The notes below the pieces were generated by a model. It was not told where the DNA came from and did no database searches. It saw only the letters and a list, made by a program, of their open reading frames with translations. From an uncultured Candidatus Saccharibacteria bacterium (lineage in GTDB: Bacteria; Patescibacteriota; Saccharimonadia; CAILAD01; BJGX01), in assembly GCA_964390265.1 (NCBI GenBank), contig CAYMHI010000006.1, forward strand, positions 6,327 through 57,616: a stretch of 51,290 bases of DNA, read 5' to 3'. A program made the position numbers and the translations under genes. Shown here in pieces: positions 19,557 through 29,023 of this stretch. Numbering within the stretch: position 1 is the stretch's first letter; every line of letters starts with the position of its first letter.

Positions 19557-20111
19557 TTAGCTTTTTAGTTTTTTATTCATCATTACGTTAATAAGCGTAA
19601 TTAGTAAAAACGCAAACAGTGCCTTTGAGCCAAAAAATGGTGTGAGTGCACAAACCAATGCCGTTACAATTACAAAAACAAGACTACGAGTTTGGCCATT
19701 ATTTATATCAACCTTGTTATATCTTCTATAAAAACTAGGGTGTTTAGAAACGTACCAACCCTGAATATATGTTACTAAGGCCAACAAAAACAGATTGAAC
19801 GGGTAAAAAAACTGCCCTATAAACAATTGACTGTATTCAGAATTGAGACTAGTAGTGAAAGGTATTAGCACAACTATAAAAAGCCTTAAGGTATTAAGTG
19901 CCGTTGCGCGCCTGTCTACTCTTTCTATGTCTTCAAATTGGCGCATATGTACCGACCACATAATACCCAGTATGGCAAAGCTAAGTGCAAAGCTAAAAAA
20001 GTTGGGACCCATGGCCAGCAAAGCCTGCCAAAGCCCCTCGTCGGTAATACTCTTGGCTAGAGTTGGCACATTGAGATCTAACACCAAAAGCGTCATGGCT
20101 ATTGCAAACAC
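19557..20111 (-). CDS. DUF1211/TMEM175-family membrane protein (putative K+ channel)
   Basis: FAIAMTLLVL matches the TMEM175 signature FSDGVFAIAITLLVLE. A GTG start lies exactly at the Gly-Val of the motif. The upstream in-frame sequence RRIENLTDG also fits the motif but contains no canonical start. Confidence 0.65.
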   Translation of the reverse strand: MFAIAMTLLVLDLNVPTLAKSITDEGLWQALLAMGPNFFSFALSFAILGIMWSVHMRQFEDIERVDRRATALNTLRLFIVVLIPFTTSLNSEYSQLFIGQFFYPFNLFLLALVTYIQGWYVSKHPSFYRRYNKVDINNGQTRSLVFVIVTALVCALTPFFGSKALFAFLLITLINVMMNKKLKS

Positions 20112-20226
20112 TCCGTCGGTGAGGTTTTCTATTCGGCGAGTGGAATATAGCTCGTTTTGAGTATTTTGGTTGTGCTTTTCGATAATATTATTATAACCTT
20201 TTATTCATATATTTCTATTGCCAAGT

Positions 20227-20265
20227 AATAAAAAACCGCAAAAAAAGTATATTCTCTTTTGCGGT
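20227..20265 (-). terminator. Rho-independent terminator for the small-gene pair
   Basis: 9-bp stem ACCGCAAAA/TTTTGCGGT, followed on the minus strand by TTTTTTATT. Confidence 0.5.
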
Positions 20266-20278
20266 AGTGTGTGATGTT

Positions 20279-20569
20279 TTAACGATGCATGCGCAAACGT
20301 CGACGCCTTCGACGACTTCTATCTGGTAGCGACCTAGCCCATTCTCGAGCCCTTTGCATTTCTATTCGGTCGAGCCGAGCAAACTCTGCGTCTATCTCAG
20401 CTACTATATGGGCGGGCTTGGGTCCCAGTGGGTCTATTGTGGGCACCCAGCCCTTATCTTTCCAGATTCTGTTGGGGTAGCTACAACAGTCCTTTACATG
20501 CTTGTAATTGCCTTCGCCATGGCATGCACAGCTGCAGGGGCAACTTGGAGTATCTTTTTCTTCCATCAC
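20279..20569 (-). CDS. Cysteine-rich small protein with a poly-Arg C-terminus
   Basis: 96 aa: CPCSCACHGEGNYKHVKDCCSYPN ... RSRRRRRRLRMHR. It overlaps the upstream ORF by 4 nt (ATGA) and sits in a moderately GC-enriched block. Confidence 0.45.
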   Translation of the reverse strand: MMEEKDTPSCPCSCACHGEGNYKHVKDCCSYPNRIWKDKGWVPTIDPLGPKPAHIVAEIDAEFARLDRIEMQRAREWARSLPDRSRRRRRRLRMHR

Positions 20570-20781
20570 TGGTCATCGCTTTCTATAGCGGCTTTTAAGC
20601 CTCGGGCAATAATCTCCTCACTTAGTGCTCTTTCATAGGCTCCGCGTGTTGATACCCACCCCTTATCAGTTTTGCCTTGTCTTCTGAGTTCTAGCAATTC
20701 TGCATCACTCAACTTTGCGAATCGAACTTTATATTCTCTATATTTCTGTTGCGGATCGGTACTTTGCCATTCTGGCGCCAC
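20566..20781 (-). CDS. Small hypothetical protein (71 aa), translationally coupled to the Cys-rich protein
   Basis: ATGA overlap with the downstream ORF. No recognisable domain. Confidence 0.4.
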   Translation of the reverse strand: MAPEWQSTDPQQKYREYKVRFAKLSDAELLELRRQGKTDKGWVSTRGAYERALSEEIIARGLKAAIESDDQ

Positions 20782-20878
20782 TGCCTTTACTTTCTGTTAG
20801 GTGCTATTAGTGGATATATTATAACACCAACCCAACTCACTCCTCCATATAAACAGGCTATTATTCAAAATTAGTTAG

Positions 20879-21691
20879 CTATACGCTAATGTCTCGGCGT
20901 ATAAAAATTATCATGCCTACAAGCGTGGCAACCACAGCAATTCCACCAAAAACCAAAAATGGCTGTAAACTTAACTCGCCCTTTACTAATGCCTTGTCTG
21001 GAGAATAGTAGTAAAAAAACGACACATATTTTAATTTCTCTAAATTATCTACGAGCCCTGAGAATATTTTGGCTACATACATTAATAGCAAACTACCGCC
21101 TACAATAAAGTATACTCGGCTTCGCTCACGTACTGCCGCCGAGACCATCATACTAACAGCGTAAATCGCCCAAGCAAAACAAAAACTAACAAGTGCCGTT
21201 CGCCAAACATTAGCTGCCGAAATACTCAGATTCATCACGCTGGTAAGTGGAATTATGCTTACCACCGAAAATAGAATAAAGACCAGCAAAATAGCTAATC
21301 CGGCCAAATATTTGGATAAGCACAATCGCAAACGTCCAAAAGACATACTTAGCAGCATTGCCATTGTCCCACGTTCTATTTCACCAGCTATAGATTGACC
21401 AGCCATAGACAGGGCCAGCAAAATGGCTAAAATTTGCCAAACAAAACTAAAGTGCTCTACCGATATATAGCCAGCAACGGTACCTAGTTGTATTTGTTCA
21501 ATATTAAAGGCCTCGAATAACGCTTTGGGGTAAGCCTCAAATAGTTTATTAAACTCAGCCGATTGCTCTTGTACAGATGGGTAAATAGCAATATACAGCC
21601 AAATAAGCGCAAAAGCTATAAGGCAATACGCCACAACCGACCAACGTCTTTGGACCAGCTCTTTTCGAATAAGAGTGTATATATTATTCAT
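20879..21691 (-). CDS. ABC-2 type transporter permease
   Basis: 270 aa with six TM helices. ATGA overlap with the upstream ATPase. Confidence 0.7.
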   Translation of the reverse strand: MNNIYTLIRKELVQRRWSVVAYCLIAFALIWLYIAIYPSVQEQSAEFNKLFEAYPKALFEAFNIEQIQLGTVAGYISVEHFSFVWQILAILLALSMAGQSIAGEIERGTMAMLLSMSFGRLRLCLSKYLAGLAILLVFILFSVVSIIPLTSVMNLSISAANVWRTALVSFCFAWAIYAVSMMVSAAVRERSRVYFIVGGSLLLMYVAKIFSGLVDNLEKLKYVSFFYYYSPDKALVKGELSLQPFLVFGGIAVVATLVGMIIFIRRDISV

Positions 21692-22560
21692 TGGTAAAAC
21701 CTCATAAACATTTCCTCTACACTAGCATGAGTTATTTCTACATCGCGCAATTTGTGTTTGCCTAACAACGCTATTACGGGCGATAAATCTCCAGTAACGT
21801 GCATAATAAGTTCTTTTTTGGTTGCCTTTTTTATTTCGACATTGGGTAACTCAAATTTCTTACTATCAAAGGGCTGGCTAAATACAATTGTAACTTCGTG
21901 AATATTCATTTTGCGCAAACTTTGCATAGTCTCGCTCGCCACTAACTTGCCGTCACGAATAATACCTACTCTGTCACAAACCTCCTGCACCTCCGATAGA
22001 TTGTGCGATGACATAAAAACACTTCCGCCTCCACGGCGAAATTGGGCCAATATATCATAAATATCGTGCTGCAAAATAGGGTCGAGGCCTCTAGTAGGCT
22101 CATCGAGCACCAATAGTTTGGGCTGATGCATTAGCGCCAATATTAATGATAACTTTTGTTTATTGCCCGAAGATAGACGTGATACCCTTGTATTAAGCTC
22201 TAAGCCAAATTTTTCTACCAACTCTTCAGTAACACCGCTTGTGCCCCGGATATTACTAGCAAACTGCAGATGCTGTGCAGCCGTCCAGCCCTGATACAAG
22301 GTGCTATCTGAGGACAAGTATCCAACCTTATTAAATTCGTGCGGTCCACCATGCTGTAGTGGTTTGCCAAACAATTTTACACTACCTGAATTGGGCTTGA
22401 TAAAATCCATGATCATACGTATCGTGGTGGTTTTTCCTGCCCCGTTTGGCCCCAAAAATCCATATATTTCGCCGCTATCTAATGACACCGACAAACTATC
22501 TACTGCTACTTTTGAGCCAAAATGTTTGCTGATATTTTGAAGCTGTAACATTCTCATCAC
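21688..22560 (-). CDS. ABC transporter ATP-binding protein (ABC-2/NatA-like)
   Basis: Walker A GPNGAGKTT, signature LSSGNKQKLSL and Walker B LLVLDEPTRGLD. Confidence 0.9.
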   Translation of the reverse strand: MMRMLQLQNISKHFGSKVAVDSLSVSLDSGEIYGFLGPNGAGKTTTIRMIMDFIKPNSGSVKLFGKPLQHGGPHEFNKVGYLSSDSTLYQGWTAAQHLQFASNIRGTSGVTEELVEKFGLELNTRVSRLSSGNKQKLSLILALMHQPKLLVLDEPTRGLDPILQHDIYDILAQFRRGGGSVFMSSHNLSEVQEVCDRVGIIRDGKLVASETMQSLRKMNIHEVTIVFSQPFDSKKFELPNVEIKKATKKELIMHVTGDLSPVIALLGKHKLRDVEITHASVEEMFMRFYQ

Positions 22561-22599
22561 TTTCTATTATACACCCAAGTAGCAACCAATTTTTATCTA

Positions 22600-23853
22600 C
22601 TACAAGAGCGATGCAAGGCTTGTAACGGCTTGAAATATTACCAAGGCAATTGAGCTAATTAGACCCAGTATAGGCACTAGCAAAGGCACCTTAAACACCG
22701 GCTTTCTTTCGGTGCTACGTCCAAGCTTGACGGCTATTAGTGCAGCATTTACGAGAGCGAATAGTATTAACACTAAAAAACTAGTAGTTGTTGCTAGTAC
22801 CTTCAAATCGGCAATTATAGCCAAGCAGGTTGCTACAGCGACTACTACTATTATGGCCAAAAAAGGCGCTCGACTTTTTGATTGCACCTTACCAAAACTC
22901 TCATGAATTAGGCCTCTTTCGCTCATACCAAATAACAACCGCGAACCACTAATAATATGCGCCAGTACTCCCCCAGCCGCTGCAGTAAGTGCAATTAGAG
23001 CAATCAGCCAACCTGGTAGGTTAGTAATTTGTCGAAAAACCAAACTCAACGGCGCGTTACTTTGATTGAGTTGAGCTATTGGTACATTACTAATGGTTAC
23101 TATAGATACCAGCACATAAAATACCGTAGCTATTAGTAATGCCGAGATGATAGCTATAGGCATGGTGGTGCGTGGTCGCTTGGTTTCTTCAGCCAAATGC
23201 ACCATATCTTCTACTCCTATAAAAGCGTAAAAAGCCAAAAATACTCCGGCCACTACACCACTTAGTTGAAAGCCTTGCAGGCTAGTTGCCAATCCATCGC
23301 TACTGGCATAATGCACTATACTGCTCCGTCCAAACCAAATTATTACTGCCAAGCCCGCCAACTCTATAATAGTATGTATAGCCGAAACCTTGGCCGACTC
23401 CTCTATGCCCCAGCTAACCAATAGGCCAAAAACTATAATAATTAGAGCAGCGCCAATTGGTATAGACAGTCCCGTAGCGGCGTTTAAATACCCTCCAAAG
23501 GCGCGAGCTAAGGCTGCCGCCGAAACCACCGTAGCCAGCCCCATTAACAAACCCACCGCTATAGTAAAAGTACGATTCTTAAACCCTGCGCCCACATAGG
23601 CGGTCGATCCTTCACTATAAGGGCGTCGGCTAGAAAACTCAGCAAAAGACAAAGCGCTAAAACCAGCAACCACCATAGCACATACAAATGCTATCGGAGT
23701 GGCCATGCCAGCTTCTCCGGCTACTTTACCCACCAGCGCATATATGCCAGCTCCAACAATATTACCCAAGCCATAAATTGCAATCAGACCAAACCCTAGT
23801 TTACGAGCCAATCTGGGCCTGGGCTTGGTCTTAACTGCTTTTTTTGTTTGCAT
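22600..23853 (-). CDS. APC-superfamily amino acid permease
   Basis: 417 aa with about 12 TM helices, the N-terminal GAGIYALVG motif of amino acid/polyamine permeases and a basic N-terminus. Confidence 0.8.
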   Translation of the reverse strand: MQTKKAVKTKPRPRLARKLGFGLIAIYGLGNIVGAGIYALVGKVAGEAGMATPIAFVCAMVVAGFSALSFAEFSSRRPYSEGSTAYVGAGFKNRTFTIAVGLLMGLATVVSAAALARAFGGYLNAATGLSIPIGAALIIIVFGLLVSWGIEESAKVSAIHTIIELAGLAVIIWFGRSSIVHYASSDGLATSLQGFQLSGVVAGVFLAFYAFIGVEDMVHLAEETKRPRTTMPIAIISALLIATVFYVLVSIVTISNVPIAQLNQSNAPLSLVFRQITNLPGWLIALIALTAAAGGVLAHIISGSRLLFGMSERGLIHESFGKVQSKSRAPFLAIIVVVAVATCLAIIADLKVLATTTSFLVLILFALVNAALIAVKLGRSTERKPVFKVPLLVPILGLISSIALVIFQAVTSLASLL

Positions 23854-24040
23854 AACTATTATTATACAGGCTTATATAACAATATAATATTTCACTATTA
23901 TTACTAATTAAATTTTAGACTTATCTCGCAGCATCTAGGATATATATCTGTGTGTTCTCGACCGAGTCGGCAGTTAGCACCTACTATGATGCCAAAAACT
24001 CCAGAAGCTACCGGCCTAGTTGGTAGCAATCGACATTCAA

Positions 24041-24068
24041 CCCTCTCACTAATCGTTAGAGGGTTTTT
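24041..24068 (+). terminator. Terminator-like hairpin (CCCTCT/AGAGGG) followed by TTTTT on the plus strand, with no plus-strand CDS upstream
   Basis: 6-bp GC stem, 11-nt loop and a T5 run. It may close a small non-coding transcript initiated in 23880-24040. Confidence 0.3.
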
Positions 24069-24099
24069 ACATATAAGTTAATATAATAATTGATGTAAA

Positions 24100-24131
24100 T
24101 GAAAAACCGTCCATGCAAATGCATGGACGGT
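24100..24131 (-). terminator. Rho-independent terminator of the flotillin gene
   Basis: Palindrome ACCGTCCATGCAAATGCATGGACGGT, followed on the minus strand by TTTTTC. Confidence 0.55.
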
Positions 24132-24143
24132 ATATGTAATGAC

Positions 24144-26264
24144 CTACTCGTAGGTGGTCATGCCCTCATCGACTGACTCAGCCGAGGAGTCGCCTTCTGA
24201 TGGCGTGGCTTCGGTTGTTGGGTCGGTCGCGAGCTCGGGCTGAGCAGAATCGTTACTGCCCATGAAAGAGCCGCCATCGGCGCCATTGCGCATCGCCATC
24301 GCGAGCAATGCATCTAGCATACCACTTCCGGCGCCCTGGCCACCCACAAGGATATCGGGCGTCAGGTTGATGTTGCCATCACCAATCTCGTGCAGAGCAG
24401 CAACGACCGCCGTCTGTTCGGGACCAATGGCATCCTTCTGTGCCTCGTAGCCAGCTGCCACAGCAAGACCCTTGGCCTTGGTTGTCTCAGCTTCAGCCAG
24501 ACCAGTTGCCTGAATGGCACTGGCATTGGCATCACCGGTGATCTTGGTGATATCGGCCGCTGCCTGGCCCTTCTGACGTGTGACCTCAGCCTCGCCTTCA
24601 GCCTGCTTGACAGCTGCCTTAGCTTCAGCATCTCTGACGTCAATATTGACGTTCGCTCGAGCCAAATCGGCCTGAGCATCAGCCACACCCTTCTGGTTCT
24701 CGAGAGCAATACGTGCCTGCTCGGCTACCATCTCACTCTCGTACGTTGCCTTCTGCTGAGCCGCGATCTCTCGCTTTGTGAGTACTTCAACAAGCTCGGG
24801 CGGGAAGACTACGTCCTGAATGTAGACACCTCGCACCTCAACCTCATAGCGGGTCAAGTACGTAGTGATATACTGTTCGGCCGCAGCCTGAACTTCGTCA
24901 CGTTTCTGAATGAACTCAGCAGCACCGAGTGACTGCAACTTGTTACGGAAGTAGTTGCCTACCGCCGATTGCAGCACCTCATTGACAAGATTCTGCATGG
25001 TCGCAACCATGCTGATAACCTTCGGTGCCCTAGTATCAGGTACGTGAATCTGCACCTGTAAATCAATACTGAAGTCGAATGCCTCCCTGCTCATGGCATC
25101 AATTGCAGACAATCGCGCATCAAGATCATGAGCTTCGCTGGTAGCGTTGGCCCAGTTTAGCGTCAAGATAGACGTCGGAACGATCTCGGCCTCGTAGATA
25201 CGAGGGTTAAGGGTATACTTGCCGGTGCGCATCGGCTCCGACCAAATACCCTGATGACCCGGCTTAACAATAGAGCCAAACTTGAACTCATTACCAGAAG
25301 TGTCTTCAGTCGGCAAGCCAACATAGGCCTTGATGACAGCTACCTCGCCCTGACGGACGACGAGCATGTCGCGGATCTCGACTTCTACAAGATAAGGATT
25401 GAGCAAGTATTGCCCGTAGAGCAATGGGTCGTGCTGCAAACCAATACACCCACCGGCGTCCAGAAAGGCCTGGAAGTCCTGATAGTTATCGTGCACTTCA
25501 TTTTGCGGAGCCAACACTTTGGTAATGATGGTATTGGCCGGAATGCCCTCTGCCTCGGCTGCGATGACATCATCATAGCCACCAAGTCGACTGGCAATGC
25601 CCTTGGCCGCTGCGCCTTCTAGGGTAGTGACCACACCAACCTTGTCAGTATGCCCCTCTGGTCTAATAGTGAATGGTTTGAACTTACTTCTGTCGACCAT
25701 GTGTAAAACATTCTTGGTACTTTCGGAGAGGACTTCACCGAAGGTCTGCGAAGCAGTCTGTACCACGAAGGCAATGGGGTGCATCTGCTGGGTAGTACCC
25801 GGAGGCAAAACCTTTCGCTGCACACCACGCTGTCCTCCATTCGATAAGAAGGCATTGAGATCTGCGAAAGATCCAAATTCTTCCTTGTCTACACCTGTCT
25901 TCACACCCCGAGGAAGTTCTTCGCCTACTTGAGCGACAACTACGCCAATCTCATCTGGCGGCACTTGCACCATCTGACACTTCTTGACCAAGAAGATCGG
26001 CCAAAGCTTGAAGCGTGTACCCGGTTGTAGCAACTCTGCTTGGTACCCTGCCTCACCATGGAAGGCAATCAGATGCCCATCGTTAAGCTTCTTTCCAAAT
26101 CGCTTCTCGACTAGTCCGAACTGGTCGGGGCCGATGCTATGGATGCTCTTTGTGACGAACCGCCACGCAAAGAACGCAACGATCAGCAGTAAGACGCCTA
26201 GCACTATTGGAACAACCGGAATACTCATGGCTGCACCAATCATATATATATGGGAATGTACCAT
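24144..26264 (-). CDS. Flotillin-like SPFH/band-7 protein (FloT/YqiK type) on a GC-rich island
   Basis: N-terminal TM, an SPFH domain and a long Ala/Glu/Gln/Lys coiled-coil flotillin C-terminus (EAKAAVKQAEGEAEVTRQKGQAAAD...). The start is uncertain: ATGs occur at 26264, 26243 and 26228, and the ORF extends to 26336. GC-rich codons throughout. Confidence 0.8.
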   Translation of the reverse strand: MVHSHIYMIGAAMSIPVVPIVLGVLLLIVAFFAWRFVTKSIHSIGPDQFGLVEKRFGKKLNDGHLIAFHGEAGYQAELLQPGTRFKLWPIFLVKKCQMVQVPPDEIGVVVAQVGEELPRGVKTGVDKEEFGSFADLNAFLSNGGQRGVQRKVLPPGTTQQMHPIAFVVQTASQTFGEVLSESTKNVLHMVDRSKFKPFTIRPEGHTDKVGVVTTLEGAAAKGIASRLGGYDDVIAAEAEGIPANTIITKVLAPQNEVHDNYQDFQAFLDAGGCIGLQHDPLLYGQYLLNPYLVEVEIRDMLVVRQGEVAVIKAYVGLPTEDTSGNEFKFGSIVKPGHQGIWSEPMRTGKYTLNPRIYEAEIVPTSILTLNWANATSEAHDLDARLSAIDAMSREAFDFSIDLQVQIHVPDTRAPKVISMVATMQNLVNEVLQSAVGNYFRNKLQSLGAAEFIQKRDEVQAAAEQYITTYLTRYEVEVRGVYIQDVVFPPELVEVLTKREIAAQQKATYESEMVAEQARIALENQKGVADAQADLARANVNIDVRDAEAKAAVKQAEGEAEVTRQKGQAAADITKITGDANASAIQATGLAEAETTKAKGLAVAAGYEAQKDAIGPEQTAVVAALHEIGDGNINLTPDILVGGQGAGSGMLDALLAMAMRNGADGGSFMGSNDSAQPELATDPTTEATPSEGDSSAESVDEGMTTYE

Positions 26265-26489
26265 GTCCTTATAGGACCTTTCTCTAGGGAATACTTTCCG
26301 ATGCGCTATTATACAGACGAAATGAAAAATACGCAATAGTTTTGTTTTGCATAAGCCCTTTAGGATTATTTATTGCTAACAGATATACTACAACCCTACG
26401 CAACCAACTAACAACTAAGAAAGTTGGTATAAATGAAAAACCGGCCTGCTCTCTGGGTCAGAGAACAGACCGGGTGTTGCTGGTGGTGC

Positions 26490-27176
26490 TTAACAGTCGG
26501 GGTCGGCTACCGGTACTCGCAACTGGTCTCGGACTACACTCTTGTGGTAGCCCGTCTCGGGTGTACCCATCACCACGTCGTATACCAGCGTGAACTGGTT
26601 GAAGCGAGCGCCCAGGGCGCGCAGGTTGCACTCTGTCAAGCGAGATTCGCTGATCTCGCCCCGACCGTACTCCCCGTTCTGGAACTGCCAGCCCGCGATC
26701 AACGTCTCAGAGTAACCATCGATCGAGAACTCCTCCTCGTAATTGAAATCACGGGTTACCAAGAACCCAGGCTGATCACCCGAATGCAGGTAGTCATCCA
26801 TGGAGTCTTGTTTGAGGCCATCAATCTCGGCCTGATTGGCCTGGATGTTCACATCGGCATGCATGTGCTCAATGAACACCTGGGTGGTCTCAGGCGCACT
26901 CACTAGTTCTACGCGGATGTTGAGGGTCTTGCTGTCGGTGATCCTCCACGAATCAATGTCATAGCCCGTGGAGTAGGTCATTCTTAGCTCGACAGGAGAA
27001 GGCGAACCAGAATTGATGGTGGTCTCGATGCTGAAGTTGCCACCGGCCAGATCGTTGTCGAGCACACCAATACCCCGCTCGTGCTGGGTATCTTGAGATT
27101 GCTCTGGCCCTGAGGTGCAGGCCGCCAGCATGGCGATCAGCACCGTCACCAGTAGCAGAAATGAAGGTACGCGCAT
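26490..27176 (-). CDS. Lipoprotein of unknown function on the same GC-rich island
   Basis: Signal peptide MRVPSFLLLVTVLIAMLAAC with lipobox LAAC. The start is the internal ATG, which has an AAAGGA SD. GC-rich codons. Confidence 0.6.
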   Translation of the reverse strand: MRVPSFLLLVTVLIAMLAACTSGPEQSQDTQHERGIGVLDNDLAGGNFSIETTINSGSPSPVELRMTYSTGYDIDSWRITDSKTLNIRVELVSAPETTQVFIEHMHADVNIQANQAEIDGLKQDSMDDYLHSGDQPGFLVTRDFNYEEEFSIDGYSETLIAGWQFQNGEYGRGEISESRLTECNLRALGARFNQFTLVYDVVMGTPETGYHKSVVRDQLRVPVADPDC

Positions 27177-27293
27177 TTTCACGGTTTTTGTCCTTTTGGT
27201 AGATGAAAAATGCAATGTCTAGAGTATTCTACACTATTTGTGCTATTATGTCAATACTGAGGTTGTAATTCAAAAACTTGTTATACTATAGAA

Positions 27294-27797
27294 ATGAATA
27301 ATGCCAAAAAACGACTTAGCAACAAATTATTGATAGCCGTAGCAATGATTGTATCAATTATAATTATTATTGCTGGCTATCTGTACCTTACTAGATCCAA
27401 AACAACCGCGCCGGCAAGCACTACGCAAAACAGCTCTCAACCTATTAAGGCAGAGACAGTATTTACCCCTTACACTGCCAGCTTTCAAATAGTTATAAAT
27501 GGCGAAACTCGCACTTTTACCGACCCGCGCTACCACAATAAATCGGCCGATGTATACATAGCACCAGAAGGCTCTAGCCAGGTACAAGTGGTTGTAGCCA
27601 AGCCCAATATCACTTGGGGCGATCTTTTTAAGACCTTACCCATGAGTGTAGATACCAATTGTATTGTTACCGGTACCAAGCAAACATTTTGTAGCAATGC
27701 CACCAAGCAACTCCAATTCTATATTAATGGTGTTGAGTCGCCAAACGCTCTTACTGCTGACATTGAGCCAGGTAGTCAACTCAAAATAGTGTATTAA
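27294..27797 (+). CDS. Membrane-anchored exported protein of unknown function
   Basis: N-terminal TM LLIAVAMIVSIIIIIAGYLYL, then a Thr/Ser-rich linker and a soluble domain. Confidence 0.5.
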   Translation: MNNAKKRLSNKLLIAVAMIVSIIIIIAGYLYLTRSKTTAPASTTQNSSQPIKAETVFTPYTASFQIVINGETRTFTDPRYHNKSADVYIAPEGSSQVQVVVAKPNITWGDLFKTLPMSVDTNCIVTGTKQTFCSNATKQLQFYINGVESPNALTADIEPGSQLKIVY

Positions 27798-27798
27798 T

Positions 27799-28089
27799 CT
27801 AAACCACTACTTCTAGTTTTATTTGTACAGTATCTCCAGCCTCTATTCTCTCAGCCTTACGCACCGCAGACTTTAGGGGCAACATATAGCTGTTAGACTT
27901 GGTGTCGGTAAAAATTGATGTCTGCCAGTTAGTGACTCCGATAATCACCTTGACGCGCAAAGAACCAAAACCGGCCTTGTGGTGGCCATGCTCAAAATCT
28001 ATTTCTCTAGCCACACTTTTTGGTAATGTGACATAATACCATGCCGCTGCACCGGGGTAGACTTTTACTTTGGCACTAAACTCATGCAT
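27799..28089 (-). CDS. Small protein, DUF1905-like
   Basis: 96 aa beginning MHEFSAKVKVYPGAAAWYYVTLPKSVAREI. This is a weak, memory-based family assignment. Confidence 0.35.
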   Translation of the reverse strand: MHEFSAKVKVYPGAAAWYYVTLPKSVAREIDFEHGHHKAGFGSLRVKVIIGVTNWQTSIFTDTKSNSYMLPLKSAVRKAERIEAGDTVQIKLEVVV

Positions 28090-28119
28090 AGTAAATTTTT
28101 TGCATTTTATAAAATCTGC

Positions 28120-28965
28120 TCACTGAGACTCGCTATATGTTGGTTTCTTTTCTTCTACTGCCAATTCTATTGGGCTTTTGGTAGTAGTTAGCTTGGATAC
28201 CCAAAGTTGCATTTCGCTGGGAGGCACCTGCATATAGTATGTAGTAGGTGGCCTACCATTGTCGCCGCCCATATATGGCGATGGCAAACTTTTCACCCCC
28301 AAACTAGCCAGAAAAGACTCAATAGCTGCCTGTTTTGCCCCCACACGAGGTATTAGTGTTAGCTCGGTACAAAAATCTTTTCTTTCGGTGTATGTGGTAC
28401 AAGCATCTATTTCTTTTTGGCCCATCACGTCTATAGTTTTATCAACCATTACTTTATTGGAGTTGTAGTCGTACCACTCAGCAATAAGTTCAGATTGGCC
28501 TTTGGGTAGCTTATCGGCGTTAATTTTATATTTCCACTCTTTAGATTGATAAGCGCCCACCTCAACCTTTGTTAGCGCCATTGTGCATGCTCCACCACCC
28601 ATAATTGATTTGCCATTAATAGTTACAGTTGGATCGTTACAACCACTAGAGAAGTTGGCAGTAAATGCCAAAGGACTATTGTTGGTAAATTTTGCTGTTA
28701 CCTCTATCTCCTCGTTATTTTTTACGGTCGTTTTGTTTGTAGTCAGTACCAGCTTTTTACTTTGGCCATTACCACTAAGTACAATATAAAGCACCGCTCC
28801 TATACCTATTAGCAATAACGCAAAGAGTACAGTACCTAATACAATCCTTCTTTTGCGTGGGTTTTTACCGGGCACATTGTATGTTGGTGGTGATTGCTCG
28901 CCATTAGAGTTGGTAGTCTCTATTGGCTGCACACCCGCTGTCTCTTGCATATTTTGATCAAGCAT
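28120..28965 (-). CDS. Membrane-anchored exported protein of unknown function
   Basis: N-terminal TM VLFALLLIGIGAVLYIVL, then an extracytoplasmic domain of about 220 aa. Confidence 0.5.
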   Translation of the reverse strand: MLDQNMQETAGVQPIETTNSNGEQSPPTYNVPGKNPRKRRIVLGTVLFALLLIGIGAVLYIVLSGNGQSKKLVLTTNKTTVKNNEEIEVTAKFTNNSPLAFTANFSSGCNDPTVTINGKSIMGGGACTMALTKVEVGAYQSKEWKYKINADKLPKGQSELIAEWYDYNSNKVMVDKTIDVMGQKEIDACTTYTERKDFCTELTLIPRVGAKQAAIESFLASLGVKSLPSPYMGGDNGRPPTTYYMQVPPSEMQLWVSKLTTTKSPIELAVEEKKPTYSESQ

Positions 28966-29023
28966 AACTATATTATACTCTTACATACACACTATAAAAA
29001 ATCGCGTAATTTTTTGATTAAAA

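Noticed and set aside
20205-20207. In-frame TGA upstream of the DUF1211 gene as evidence of UGA recoding (code 25)
   Set aside because: TGA is used as a genuine stop elsewhere, for example in the ABC ATPase at 21688, and long genes are intact under code 11.
23990-24068. tRNA-like D-loop sequence CCTAGTTGGTAGC
   Set aside because: There is no acceptor stem, no anticodon arm and no T-loop (GGTTCGAATCC-like) consensus. It does not fold into a cloverleaf.
24262-25932. Several 60-180-aa ORFs on both strands inside the flotillin gene (24262..24450, 24362..24709, 24390..24932, 25254..25622, 25385..25597, 25597..25932, 25619..25876)
   Set aside because: They lie entirely within a long CDS that has clear SPFH/flotillin homology. 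GC-rich sequence suppresses stop codons in off-frames, and none has an SD or a recognisable domain.
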